A stretch of DNA of 64,000 nucleotides, taken from positions 27,690 through 91,689 of the forward strand of contig JBMOJP010000001.1 of NCBI GenBank assembly GCA_049315725.1, in the 5' to 3' direction. This DNA comes from Chthoniobacterales bacterium (lineage in GTDB: Bacteria > Verrucomicrobiota > Verrucomicrobiia > Chthoniobacterales > JACTMZ01). Below the pieces are notes generated by a model. It saw only the letters and a list, made by a program, of their open reading frames with translations, searched no databases and was not told where the DNA came from. Numbering within the stretch: the first letter of the stretch is position 1; the number at the start of each line of letters is the position of its first letter. Positions 37,920 to 46,018 of the stretch are shown here, in pieces. A program made the position numbers and the translations under genes.

Positions 37920-38309
37920 ATGAACACCGATCCTATCGCCGATCTTCTCACCCGCATCCGCAACGCCACCCGCGCGGGCAAGGCCGAGCTGCTCGTGCCC
38001 TATTCCCGCCTCAAAGCCGACATGGCCGCCATCCTCAAGAAAGAGGGCTACATCAACGACTTCGAGGTGAAGTCGGAGGGACGCGCGCAACTGCGCATCG
38101 TCAACAAATTCGCCGGCAAGACCCCGGCCATCACCGGGCTCAAGCGCGTCAGCCGTCCCGGTCTGCGCCGTTACGTGGGCGCGACCGAGATTCCCCGCGT
38201 CCTCGGTGGCATGGGCATCTCTATTTTGTCCACCCCGCGCGGGGTGCTCAGCGGCCGCGACGCCCGTCGGCAAAAAGTCGGCGGCGAATTGCTGGCCTAC
38301 GTTTGGTAA
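37920..38309 (+). CDS. rpsH: 30S ribosomal protein S8
   Basis: DPIADLLTRIRNA......GGELLAYVW. It follows rplE directly, with no S14 gene between them. Confidence 0.97.
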   Translation: MNTDPIADLLTRIRNATRAGKAELLVPYSRLKADMAAILKKEGYINDFEVKSEGRAQLRIVNKFAGKTPAITGLKRVSRPGLRRYVGATEIPRVLGGMGISILSTPRGVLSGRDARRQKVGGELLAYVW

Positions 38310-38319
38310 GGAGAAAATT

Positions 38320-38859
38320 ATGTCCCGCATCGGCAAAAAACCCGTTCCGCTTCCGCCCAAGGTCAAGGTCAACCTTTCTCCCGACCGCTCCGTTCAGGTT
38401 GAGGGGCCGAAAGGCAAACTCTCCTGGCGTCTGCCCGAGGGCATCGAGGGCAAAATGGAAGGGGAGACCGTCCAGCTCGAACGCAAGTCCGAGACCCGTC
38501 AGGTCCGCGCCCTTCATGGTCTGGCCCGCGCCCTGCTCAACAACATGGTCACCGGCGTGAGCACCGGCTTCACCCGCCAGCTGGAGATTCAGGGCGTCGG
38601 GTTCAAGGCCGCCGTGCAGGGGCAGAAGCTGAATCTTTCCCTCGGATTTTCCCATCCCGTAGTCTTCGACATCCCGCAGGAGATCAAGATCACGGTCAAC
38701 GAGAACACCAAGCTCCTCATCGAGGGCATCGACCGCCAGCTGGTCGGCCAGGTTGCGGCCAACATCCGCGCCTACTACCCGCCGGAACCCTACAAGGGCA
38801 AGGGCGTGCGCTACTCCGACGAGCAGGTCCGCCGCAAGGAAGGCAAGACCGTCCAGTAA
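38320..38859 (+). CDS. rplF: 50S ribosomal protein L6
   Basis: [17 protein letters not shown]...; AAGGAG Shine-Dalgarno sequence upstream; ATG 38320. Confidence 0.97.
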   Translation: MSRIGKKPVPLPPKVKVNLSPDRSVQVEGPKGKLSWRLPEGIEGKMEGETVQLERKSETRQVRALHGLARALLNNMVTGVSTGFTRQLEIQGVGFKAAVQGQKLNLSLGFSHPVVFDIPQEIKITVNENTKLLIEGIDRQLVGQVAANIRAYYPPEPYKGKGVRYSDEQVRRKEGKTVQ

Positions 38860-38864
38860 CCGCC

Positions 38865-39209
38865 ATGACACGTTCCGAAAAAACCAAGATTCGCCACAAG
38901 CGCCTCCGGAAAAAAGTTTCCGGCACGCCCGAGCGTCCCCGTCTCGCCGTCCACTTTTCCGGCCGCCACATCCGCGCCCAGGTCATCGACGACACAAAGG
39001 GGGAGACCCTCGCCGCGGCCAGCACACAGGAAAAGGCCACCAAGGCCGGAGCCAATGTGGCCAACGCCCAGGCCGTCGGGAAGTTGCTGGCCGAACGCTC
39101 GAAGAAAAAATCCGTCTCCAAAGTCGTCTTCGACCGCGGTGGTTTTGAATACCACGGCAAGGTCAAGGCGCTGGCCGAGGCCGCGCGTGAAGCCGGCCTT
39201 GATTTTTAA
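38865..39209 (+). CDS. rplR: 50S ribosomal protein L18
   Basis: ...[34 protein letters not shown]...[25 protein letters not shown]. Confidence 0.96.
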   Translation: MTRSEKTKIRHKRLRKKVSGTPERPRLAVHFSGRHIRAQVIDDTKGETLAAASTQEKATKAGANVANAQAVGKLLAERSKKKSVSKVVFDRGGFEYHGKVKALAEAAREAGLDF

Positions 39210-39220
39210 AGAATACGCTC

Positions 39221-39790
39221 ATGCCTCCTAATGCCCGCAATACCGGCCGCCGCGACAACCGCGGCCGCAACGAACCCAAGCAACCTTCCGACACGGTCGA
39301 GAAAGTCGTCTTCATCAACCGCTGCGCCAAGGTCGTCAAGGGCGGCCGCCGCTTCAGTTTCAGCGCCCTCATCGTGACCGGCGACCACAAGGGTCGGGTC
39401 GGCTGCGGCTTCGGCAAGGCCAAGGAGGTCTCCGAGGCCATCCGCAAGGCCTCGGATTCGGCCCGCAAGGCGATGAAAAATTTCTCGCTCGCGCAGAACA
39501 CCATCCCGCACGAAGTCACCGGCGAGTTCGGGGGCGGCCGCGTGCTCCTGCGTCCCGCTTCACCCGGCACCGGCATCATCGCCGGCGGCGGCGTCCGCGC
39601 CGTCTGCGAGGCGGTCGGCATCCGTGATGTCCTGGCCAAGTCTCTCGGCTCGAACAATCACGCCAACGTGGTTAAGGCCACGCTCGAAGCCCTCTCCAAA
39701 CTCCGTCCGCGCGAGGAAATTTTCCGCCTCCGCGGCCTCAAGATGAAACCCACCAAAGCGGAGGCCGCCCTCGAAGTGGCCACGTCCTGA
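39221..39790 (+). CDS. rpsE: 30S ribosomal protein S5
   Basis: ...[39 protein letters not shown]... Confidence 0.97.
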   Translation: MPPNARNTGRRDNRGRNEPKQPSDTVEKVVFINRCAKVVKGGRRFSFSALIVTGDHKGRVGCGFGKAKEVSEAIRKASDSARKAMKNFSLAQNTIPHEVTGEFGGGRVLLRPASPGTGIIAGGGVRAVCEAVGIRDVLAKSLGSNNHANVVKATLEALSKLRPREEIFRLRGLKMKPTKAEAALEVATS

Positions 39791-39795
39791 CGACC

Positions 39796-40233
39796 ATGCG
39801 ACTGCACTCTCTCTCACCCCGGCCCGGCGCGAAAAAGCGCCGCAAGCGCCTCGGTTCCGGCGAAAGCTCGGGCCACGGCAAAACCAGCGGCAAGGGCCAC
39901 AAGGGCCAGAAGGCCCGCTCCGGCGGCAGCATCCGTCTCGGCTTTGAGGGCGGGCAGATGCCCCTCATCCGCCGTTTGCCCAAGCGCGGGTTCAACAACG
40001 CCAATTTCAAGACACGCTTCGGCATCGTCAACCTCGATGATCTCAATGAGTTCGCCGACGGCGCCACGGTGGATGAAACCGTGCTGCGCAAGGCCGGCCT
40101 GGTTCGTGGCAAGGTGGACGCCATCAAGATTCTCGGTCGCGGGGAGCTGACGAAAAAAGTCGCTATCGTCGGGGCCAAGTTCAGTGAGACGGCCAAGCGC
40201 AAGATCGAGGCCGCGGGCGGCAGCATTTCCTAG
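39796..40233 (+). CDS. rplO: 50S ribosomal protein L15
   Basis: ...GSGESSGHGKTSGKGHKGQKARSGG...; it follows rpsE directly, with no L30 gene. Confidence 0.96.
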   Translation: MRLHSLSPRPGAKKRRKRLGSGESSGHGKTSGKGHKGQKARSGGSIRLGFEGGQMPLIRRLPKRGFNNANFKTRFGIVNLDDLNEFADGATVDETVLRKAGLVRGKVDAIKILGRGELTKKVAIVGAKFSETAKRKIEAAGGSIS

Positions 40234-40251
40234 GGTCCGCCCGGACTCCGC

Positions 40252-41754
40252 ATGATCTCCGCGTTTACCAACATCTTCAAGATTCCGGAGCTGCGGCAAC
40301 GCGTGCTCTTCACGCTCGCGATGATCGTCATCGTGCGCGCGGGCTCGGTCATTTCCACGCCCGGGGTCAACGCGGAGGTTTTGCGCCAGTGGTTCCTCAA
40401 CGTAGCCGACGCACAAACCGGCGGAGGGGTCGCGGCGCTGTTCAATCTCTTCAGCGGCGGCGCCCTCGGCCATGCAGCTATCTTCGCCCTCGGCATCATG
40501 CCTTTCATCAGCGCCTCGATCATGCTGCAACTCATGACCGCGGTCGTTCCGCAGCTTGGACGCCTGGCCCGCGAGGACGGCGGACGGCAGAAGATCTCGC
40601 AATACACTCGCTACCTCACGCTTATCCTCTGCGTTTTCCAGGGTTACCTGCTGGCCCTCTCGTTCGAGAGCCCGCAGTCGAACCCCTTCCTGCCGGGGAT
40701 CACGGACACGATCAACCGCATCGGCATCCCGCTGGTCTCCGATCCGGGGCTGGGCTTCCGTCTCCTGACCGTCATCACCCTTACCTCGGGCACGATGTTT
40801 CTCGTCTGGCTGGGCGATCAGATCACCGAGCGGGGCATCGGCAACGGCATCTCCGTCATCATCACCGTCGGCATTCTGGCCCAATTGCCGGCCGGCTTGA
40901 TCCAGGCGTGGCGCACTTTTGTTCCCTCCGGTGGCCAGGCTGCCGCGGTCAGTCCGGTGGTCCTCGTTCTCCTCATTGCCTTCCTCATCATTGTGATTGC
41001 GGCCGTCATTGCCGTGACCCAGGCAACCCGACGGGTCACCGTGCAATATGCCAAACGCGTGGTCGGGCGGAAGGTCTATGGCGGGCAGTCGCAATACATG
41101 CCGCTCAAGGTCAATTATGCCGGCGTCATGCCGATCATCTTTGCCCAGGCCATCCTGCTTTTCCCCTCGACGATTTTGAGCATGGCCTTCCCGACGCAGC
41201 GTTGGGCCAATGAACTTTCCGCCATGCTGGCCACCGGCTGGCCGCACTACGTGCTTTTCGGCGGCATGATTTTCTTCTTCAGCTACTTCTGGGTCGCAAC
41301 CCAGTTCCAACCGGCGCAAATCGCGGACGACCTCAAAAAGTATGGCGGCTTCATTCCCGGGGTGCGTCCGGGCAAGCCGACGGCCGATTTTCTTGATTAC
41401 ACCATGACGCGGCTGACTTTTGCCGGCGCGATTTTCCTCACCCTCATCGCCGTGCTTCCGCAACTTCTCTCGCAAGGCATGAATGTGCCTTACATGACGG
41501 CGCAGTTTTTTGGTGGCACTGGCGTGCTCATCATCGTGGGTGTGACCCTCGATACCATGAGGCAGGTCGAAACCTACCTCCTGCAACGCCATTACGACGG
41601 GTTCTTGCGCCGCGGCAAACTTCGCGGACGCTTTGAGCGCACGGCCGGCGGCACCGGCAACGTCATCTCGTCCTCCGCCCTCGTCTGGATCTACGCCGTC
41701 ATCGGCCTTATTGTCATCGCGGGCATGGCCGCTTACCTCGCCAGCGGTCATTAG
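40252..41754 (+). CDS. secY: preprotein translocase subunit SecY
   Basis: 10-TM protein, ...LFSGGALGHAAIFALGIMPFISASIMLQL... and GIGNGISVII; 500 aa, slightly long. Confidence 0.96.
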   Translation: MISAFTNIFKIPELRQRVLFTLAMIVIVRAGSVISTPGVNAEVLRQWFLNVADAQTGGGVAALFNLFSGGALGHAAIFALGIMPFISASIMLQLMTAVVPQLGRLAREDGGRQKISQYTRYLTLILCVFQGYLLALSFESPQSNPFLPGITDTINRIGIPLVSDPGLGFRLLTVITLTSGTMFLVWLGDQITERGIGNGISVIITVGILAQLPAGLIQAWRTFVPSGGQAAAVSPVVLVLLIAFLIIVIAAVIAVTQATRRVTVQYAKRVVGRKVYGGQSQYMPLKVNYAGVMPIIFAQAILLFPSTILSMAFPTQRWANELSAMLATGWPHYVLFGGMIFFFSYFWVATQFQPAQIADDLKKYGGFIPGVRPGKPTADFLDYTMTRLTFAGAIFLTLIAVLPQLLSQGMNVPYMTAQFFGGTGVLIIVGVTLDTMRQVETYLLQRHYDGFLRRGKLRGRFERTAGGTGNVISSSALVWIYAVIGLIVIAGMAAYLASGH

Positions 41755-41798
41755 CCGTGGCTGACTGCGTGTTCGACCATTTCCCCTTTCTCTCCGCG

Positions 41799-42563
41799 AT
41801 GATTCCCATCAAGAACGAGCGCGAAATCTCGCAGATGCGCGCCGCCTGCCAGGCCGCGGCCCACGTGCTGGACCGGTTGGAGAACCTCGTCGCTCCGGGC
41901 CTGAGCACCCGGGAGATTGACGAAGCGGCCGCTCAGTTCATCGCCGAAGAGGGGGCCAAGAGCGCGTTCCTCGGCTACCGCAAGTTTCCCGGTCATCTCT
42001 GCGTTTCCGTCAACGAGGAAGTCGTGCATGGCATCGGCGGCGATCGTCGGCTCGCTTACGGTGATATCCTCAAGCTGGATGTCGGCGTGATCAAGGACGG
42101 CTGGATTGGGGACAACGCCACGACCATCCGCATCGGTGTCGTGCCCCCGGCGGTTGACCGCCTGGTCGAGGACACCTCGCGCATTCTCGAGGACGTCATT
42201 CCCCACGTGGCCCATGGGCGTCGGGTGGGAGACATTTCCTCGTTCGTTGAACGGGCTGCTCTGGCCCGGGGCTACTCCGTCGTCCGCGAGTTTGTCGGCC
42301 ACGGGGTGGGGCGAAAATTGCACGAAGACCCGCAAATTCCGAATTTTGGCCGGGCCGGACGTGGTCCCAAGCTCAAGGCCGGAATGACCCTGGCGATTGA
42401 GCCGATGATCAATCTCGGGGGCAGCGCGATCAAGATTTTGGGGGACAAATGGACAGTCGTAACGGCCGACGGACTCCCCTCGGCTCATTTTGAACACACG
42501 GTTCTGGTCACAAAAGATGAACCGGAAGTTTTGACATGGCGAAAAAAGACGCTATTGAAGTAG
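41799..42563 (+). CDS. map: type I methionine aminopeptidase
   Basis: [16 protein letters not shown]..., [23 protein letters not shown] and LAIEPM metal-site blocks. ATG 41799 is preferred over GTG 41757. Confidence 0.93.
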   Translation: MIPIKNEREISQMRAACQAAAHVLDRLENLVAPGLSTREIDEAAAQFIAEEGAKSAFLGYRKFPGHLCVSVNEEVVHGIGGDRRLAYGDILKLDVGVIKDGWIGDNATTIRIGVVPPAVDRLVEDTSRILEDVIPHVAHGRRVGDISSFVERAALARGYSVVREFVGHGVGRKLHEDPQIPNFGRAGRGPKLKAGMTLAIEPMINLGGSAIKILGDKWTVVTADGLPSAHFEHTVLVTKDEPEVLTWRKKTLLK

Positions 42564-42754
42564 AAGGTAAAGTGGTCGAGCTGCTGCCGAACACGATGTT
42601 CCGGGTTGAATTACCCAATGGACATCGTCTTCTCGCGCACATCTCGGGTAAGATGCGCCTGCACTTCATTCGCATCCTGCCCGGTGATACGGTCATGCTC
42701 GAGTTGTCCCCCTACGACTTGAGTAAAGGCCGCATCACCTATCGCCGCAAATAA
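42536..42754 (+). CDS. infA: translation initiation factor IF-1
   Basis: [41 protein letters not shown]...; 72 aa. It overlaps the map 3' end by 28 nt. Confidence 0.96.
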   Translation: MAKKDAIEVEGKVVELLPNTMFRVELPNGHRLLAHISGKMRLHFIRILPGDTVMLELSPYDLSKGRITYRRK

Positions 42755-42768
42755 AAGAACACAAACCG

Positions 42769-42882
42769 ATGAAAGTTAGAGCCTCAGTCAAACGCCTTTG
42801 CGAAAGTTGCCGGGTCATCCGGCGGAACAACGTGGTCCGCGTTGTTTGCAAAAACCCGCGCCACAAACAAAGACAAGGATAA
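42769..42882 (+). CDS. rpmJ: 50S ribosomal protein L36
   Basis: Hand-translated; below the ORF-track size cutoff. [37 protein letters not shown], 37 aa. Confidence 0.93.
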   Translation: MKVRASVKRLCESCRVIRRNNVVRVVCKNPRHKQRQG

Positions 42883-42889
42883 CACAGCC

Positions 42890-43285
42890 ATGCCACGACT
42901 CCTCGGGGTGGAAATCCCACCCAACAAACGTATCGAAGCCTCCCTTCCGTATATCTACGGGATCGGGCCCGCCGTCGCCAAGCGCGTCCTCGCCGAGGCG
43001 TCCATCGACCCGAACACCCGCGCGAAGGATCTCTCCCCGGAGCAGATCTCGCAGATCGTTCACATCATCGGCAACAACGGCATCCTCATCGAGGGTGACC
43101 TGCGCCGTGAACTGCAGGGCAACCTCAAACGTTTGCAGGCCATCAATTGCTACCGTGGCATCCGCCACCGTCGCGGCATGCCCGTGCGCGGCCAGCGCAC
43201 CCAGACCAACGCCCGCACCCGCAAGGGACCGCGCAAGACGGTCGGCGTGCAGAAGAATCCCGACGCCAAAGCGGGGAAAGTTTAA
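42890..43285 (+). CDS. rpsM: 30S ribosomal protein S13
   Basis: [26 protein letters not shown]...; ATG 42890. Confidence 0.97.
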   Translation: MPRLLGVEIPPNKRIEASLPYIYGIGPAVAKRVLAEASIDPNTRAKDLSPEQISQIVHIIGNNGILIEGDLRRELQGNLKRLQAINCYRGIRHRRGMPVRGQRTQTNARTRKGPRKTVGVQKNPDAKAGKV

Positions 43286-43297
43286 CCACCAAGAAGT

Positions 43298-43960
43298 ATG
43301 AGCGACGAAAAGCACGAAACGCCGGGCGAATCCCAGGACGCGCACCGCAAGGAAGAAACGGCCGGGCACCATCCGGACGCCCCGGAAGTCAAAGCGGTCG
43401 AGGCCAAGGAAGAGGCTGCAGCTGCCCCGACGGCCGAGGCCGCACCTGCGGCGGTAAAGAAAGCCGCCAAACCCAAGGCGGCCAAGGGCAAAACGGCCAA
43501 GAAAAAGGAGGGCGAGGCGAAAGTCGAGTCTGCTCCTGCTCCGGTCGAAGATCTGCTCTCGCTCGACGCGCCGATCCTCCCCGCCAAGGTCGTCAAGGCC
43601 AAGGGCAGCAAGAACGTCTCTCAGGGCATCGCCCATGTGCTCGCCACCTTCAACAACACCATCGTCAGCATCACGGACCAGCGCGGGGCCGTTCTCGGCG
43701 CCTCCAGCGCCGGCAAGGTCGGCTTCAAGGGCTCCCGCAAGAGCACGGCCTACGCCGCACAACTCGTCGCGCAGGATGCCGCCCGCCAGGCCATGGGCCA
43801 CGGTCTCAAGGAGGTCGAGGTCCGGGTCAAGGGCCCCGGCGCCGGACGCGAGTCGGCCATTCGTGCCCTTCAGGCCATCGGCCTGGAAATCACTGTCATC
43901 AAGGACGTCACCCCGGTGCCGCACAACGGCTGCCGTCCGCCCAAGGCGCGTCGCGTTTAA
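43298..43960 (+). CDS. rpsK: 30S ribosomal protein S11 with a ~90-aa acidic/Ala/Lys-rich N-terminal extension
   Basis: The core [22 protein letters not shown]...[13 protein letters not shown]... is preceded by [20 protein letters not shown]...[18 protein letters not shown]. No in-frame ATG/GTG/TTG closer to the core was seen. Confidence 0.93.
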   Translation: MSDEKHETPGESQDAHRKEETAGHHPDAPEVKAVEAKEEAAAAPTAEAAPAAVKKAAKPKAAKGKTAKKKEGEAKVESAPAPVEDLLSLDAPILPAKVVKAKGSKNVSQGIAHVLATFNNTIVSITDQRGAVLGASSAGKVGFKGSRKSTAYAAQLVAQDAARQAMGHGLKEVEVRVKGPGAGRESAIRALQAIGLEITVIKDVTPVPHNGCRPPKARRV

Positions 43961-44004
43961 TGCGGTCAACTGAACACTGAACATCGTCAACCGAACAATT
44001 TTTC

Positions 44005-44616
44005 ATGGCTAGATACACCGGACCCAAGACCAAACTGAGCCGCCGCTTCGGGGTTTTCCTCGTCGGCTCACCCAAGCATTTCGAACGCCGCAGTTACCCG
44101 CCTGGTATGCACGGCCAGAAGGGCATGCGCCGGAAAGTTTCCGAATACGGTCTCGCCCTCGCGGAGAAGCAGAAACTCAAAGTGCAATACGGCGTGCTCG
44201 AGCGGCAGTTCCGCCGCTATTTCGAGACGGCCCTTTCCCGCCGCGGCATCACCGGCGTGACCTTGCTCCAGTTGCTGGAGACACGTTTGGACAACGTGGT
44301 TTACCGCCTCGGCTTTGCCCGCACCCGCACCGCGGCTCGCCAGATGGTTTCGCACGGACATGTGCAGATCAATGGGCGCAAGAACAACATCTCCTCGGCC
44401 AACCTCAAGCCGGGTGACGTCGTGACGATCAAGGACGCCGCCAAGCCCCGCGCGCTGGCCGCGCGTCAGATGGAAGCCACGCAGATCCGCACCGTGCCCG
44501 AATGGCTGGTGGTCGACCGCGAGAATTTCTCCGGCTCGGTCTCCCGCATCCCCACCCGCGAGGAAATCGCCCCGGTGGTCAACGAGCAGCTCGTGGTCGA
44601 ACTCTATTCGCGCTAA
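44005..44616 (+). CDS. rpsD: 30S ribosomal protein S4
   Basis: MARYTGPKTKLSRRFG...S4 domain...; 203 aa. Confidence 0.97.
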   Translation: MARYTGPKTKLSRRFGVFLVGSPKHFERRSYPPGMHGQKGMRRKVSEYGLALAEKQKLKVQYGVLERQFRRYFETALSRRGITGVTLLQLLETRLDNVVYRLGFARTRTAARQMVSHGHVQINGRKNNISSANLKPGDVVTIKDAAKPRALAARQMEATQIRTVPEWLVVDRENFSGSVSRIPTREEIAPVVNEQLVVELYSR

Positions 44617-44634
44617 GCGAACTCCGCTCCCAAC

Positions 44635-44670
44635 CGCCGCCGGCACGAGCAATCGCCCGGCGGCGTTTTG
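44635..44670 (+). terminator. rho-independent terminator closing the ribosomal-protein cluster
   Basis: CGCCGCCGG (44635-44643) pairs with CCGGCGGCG (44657-44665), followed by TTTTG. Confidence 0.75.
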
Positions 44671-44912
44671 CTTTGCCCCTGTGGTCTGCGGGCAGCCGCC
44701 CGCCCCCGGGGAAAAAATCGACCAGACACCTGGTCGTGCCCTCCGGGCCTTCCTCCGGCTCCGCTTCGCGGCCGGAAGACCCGGCGTGCGTCAGTCAGGC
44801 AGAACCACTTTTACAGACGGAATGTTGCACTACCGAAAGCGTGCGGGCGGTCGCCGCGGCGACCGCTCCGACCAGGTGATCTGAAAAGTCCAAGATCACG
44901 GGGACTTTGGTC

Positions 44913-46013
44913 TTACGCCGGGAGGCACTCGCTCATCCAGCCGAGCAATTCGCCGATCGTCGCCTCGCTTTCGTCGCCCATGTTGGAGACGCGAAATGTT
45001 GTGCCCTTGATCTTGCCGTAGCCGCCGTTGATCGCGACCTTGTGCTTCTTCTTCAAGGCGGAGCAGTAGGCGGAAACATCGATGTTGCGGTTGTTCTTGA
45101 TGCAGACGAGGGACTTCGAGCGGTAACCTTCACGGGCAAAATGTTCGAAGCCATTGGCCGCGACCCAGGCGGAGATCATCGCGTTGAGTTGGGCGTGTCG
45201 CGCGTGGCGCGCGTTGACCCCCTCCTCGAAGATGTCATCGAGCTTGGAGGCCAGCGCGTAGATGTGCCCGGTGGTCGGCGTGCTCGGGGTCATGAACTTC
45301 TCCCAGTTTTTGTGAAACTCGATGAAGTCAAAGTAGTAGCCGCGATCGGGTGTGGTGGCGGCCCGGGCGCGGGCGCGCTCGCTCGCACTGAACAAGGCCA
45401 GCCCCGGCGGCAGGGCCAAGGCTTTCTGGCTGCCGGTCAGCAGGACGTCGATGCCAAGTTCATCCATCGGAATCGGCACGGTCGAGAACGAGGAGACGCT
45501 GTCCACGATGAACATGACTTCCGGATATTTTCTCACCACCGCGGCGATGTCCGCGAGGGGACTGAGCACCCCGGTGGAGGTTTCGTTGTGGATGAGGGTG
45601 ATGGCGTCGAATCCGCCTTGGGCGAGTTTCGCGTCGATGAGTTCCGGGAGGATGGGCTCGCCCCATGCGACCTGCAGGCCCTCGGCCTGCTTGCCGCAAC
45701 GCTTGCTCACGTCGAGCCACTTGTCCGAAAACGCGCCGCACATGCAGTTGAGGACCTTCTTTTGCACGAGGTTCCGCAGAGCCCCTTCCATCACGCCCCA
45801 GGCGGACGAGGTGGCGAGGTAGACCGGGCCGGTGGTGCCGAAGAGGGTTTGCAGGCGCGGGTGCATCGACTCATAGAGCGAGGAAAACTCGCTGCCGCGG
45901 TGCCCGATCTGCGGATGGCAGAAGGCGCGGAAGGTCTTGTCCGAAACTTCGACCGGACCGGGAATGAAGAGTTTCACGTGTCCGTCGGCGGTGGTGTTGG
46001 TGGTGTTGAGCAT
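44913..46013 (-). CDS. class-V PLP aminotransferase (serine-pyruvate / alanine-glyoxylate aminotransferase-like)
   Basis: LFIPGPVEVSDKTF..., LIHNETSTGV and TGSQKALALPPGLA blocks; 366 aa. Confidence 0.85.
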   Translation of the reverse strand: MLNTTNTTADGHVKLFIPGPVEVSDKTFRAFCHPQIGHRGSEFSSLYESMHPRLQTLFGTTGPVYLATSSAWGVMEGALRNLVQKKVLNCMCGAFSDKWLDVSKRCGKQAEGLQVAWGEPILPELIDAKLAQGGFDAITLIHNETSTGVLSPLADIAAVVRKYPEVMFIVDSVSSFSTVPIPMDELGIDVLLTGSQKALALPPGLALFSASERARARAATTPDRGYYFDFIEFHKNWEKFMTPSTPTTGHIYALASKLDDIFEEGVNARHARHAQLNAMISAWVAANGFEHFAREGYRSKSLVCIKNNRNIDVSAYCSALKKKHKVAINGGYGKIKGTTFRVSNMGDESEATIGELLGWMSECLPA

Positions 46014-46018
46014 GGTGT

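Noticed and set aside
39814-41751. Very long antisense ORFs: 39814..41751 (645 aa), 21966..24179 (737 aa), 15833..17635 (600 aa), 18822..20498 (558 aa), 12284..13933 (549 aa), 6122..7777 (551 aa), 9327..10808 (493 aa).
   Set aside because: - Each lies opposite a confidently identified conserved gene (secY, hrpB, btpA/mnmA, leuA, prfC, the aminotransferase, pnp).
- Their products are Arg/Gly/Ala/Pro-rich with no recognisable motifs.
- These are typical shadow ORFs of GC-rich DNA with few stop codons.
44668-45021. ORFs of 67-125 aa in the gap after rpsD, where rpoA would be expected.
   Set aside because: - They have no similarity to the RpoA N- or C-terminal domain sequences.
- Their composition is Arg/Pro-rich.
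- They overlap the convergent aminotransferase 3' end.
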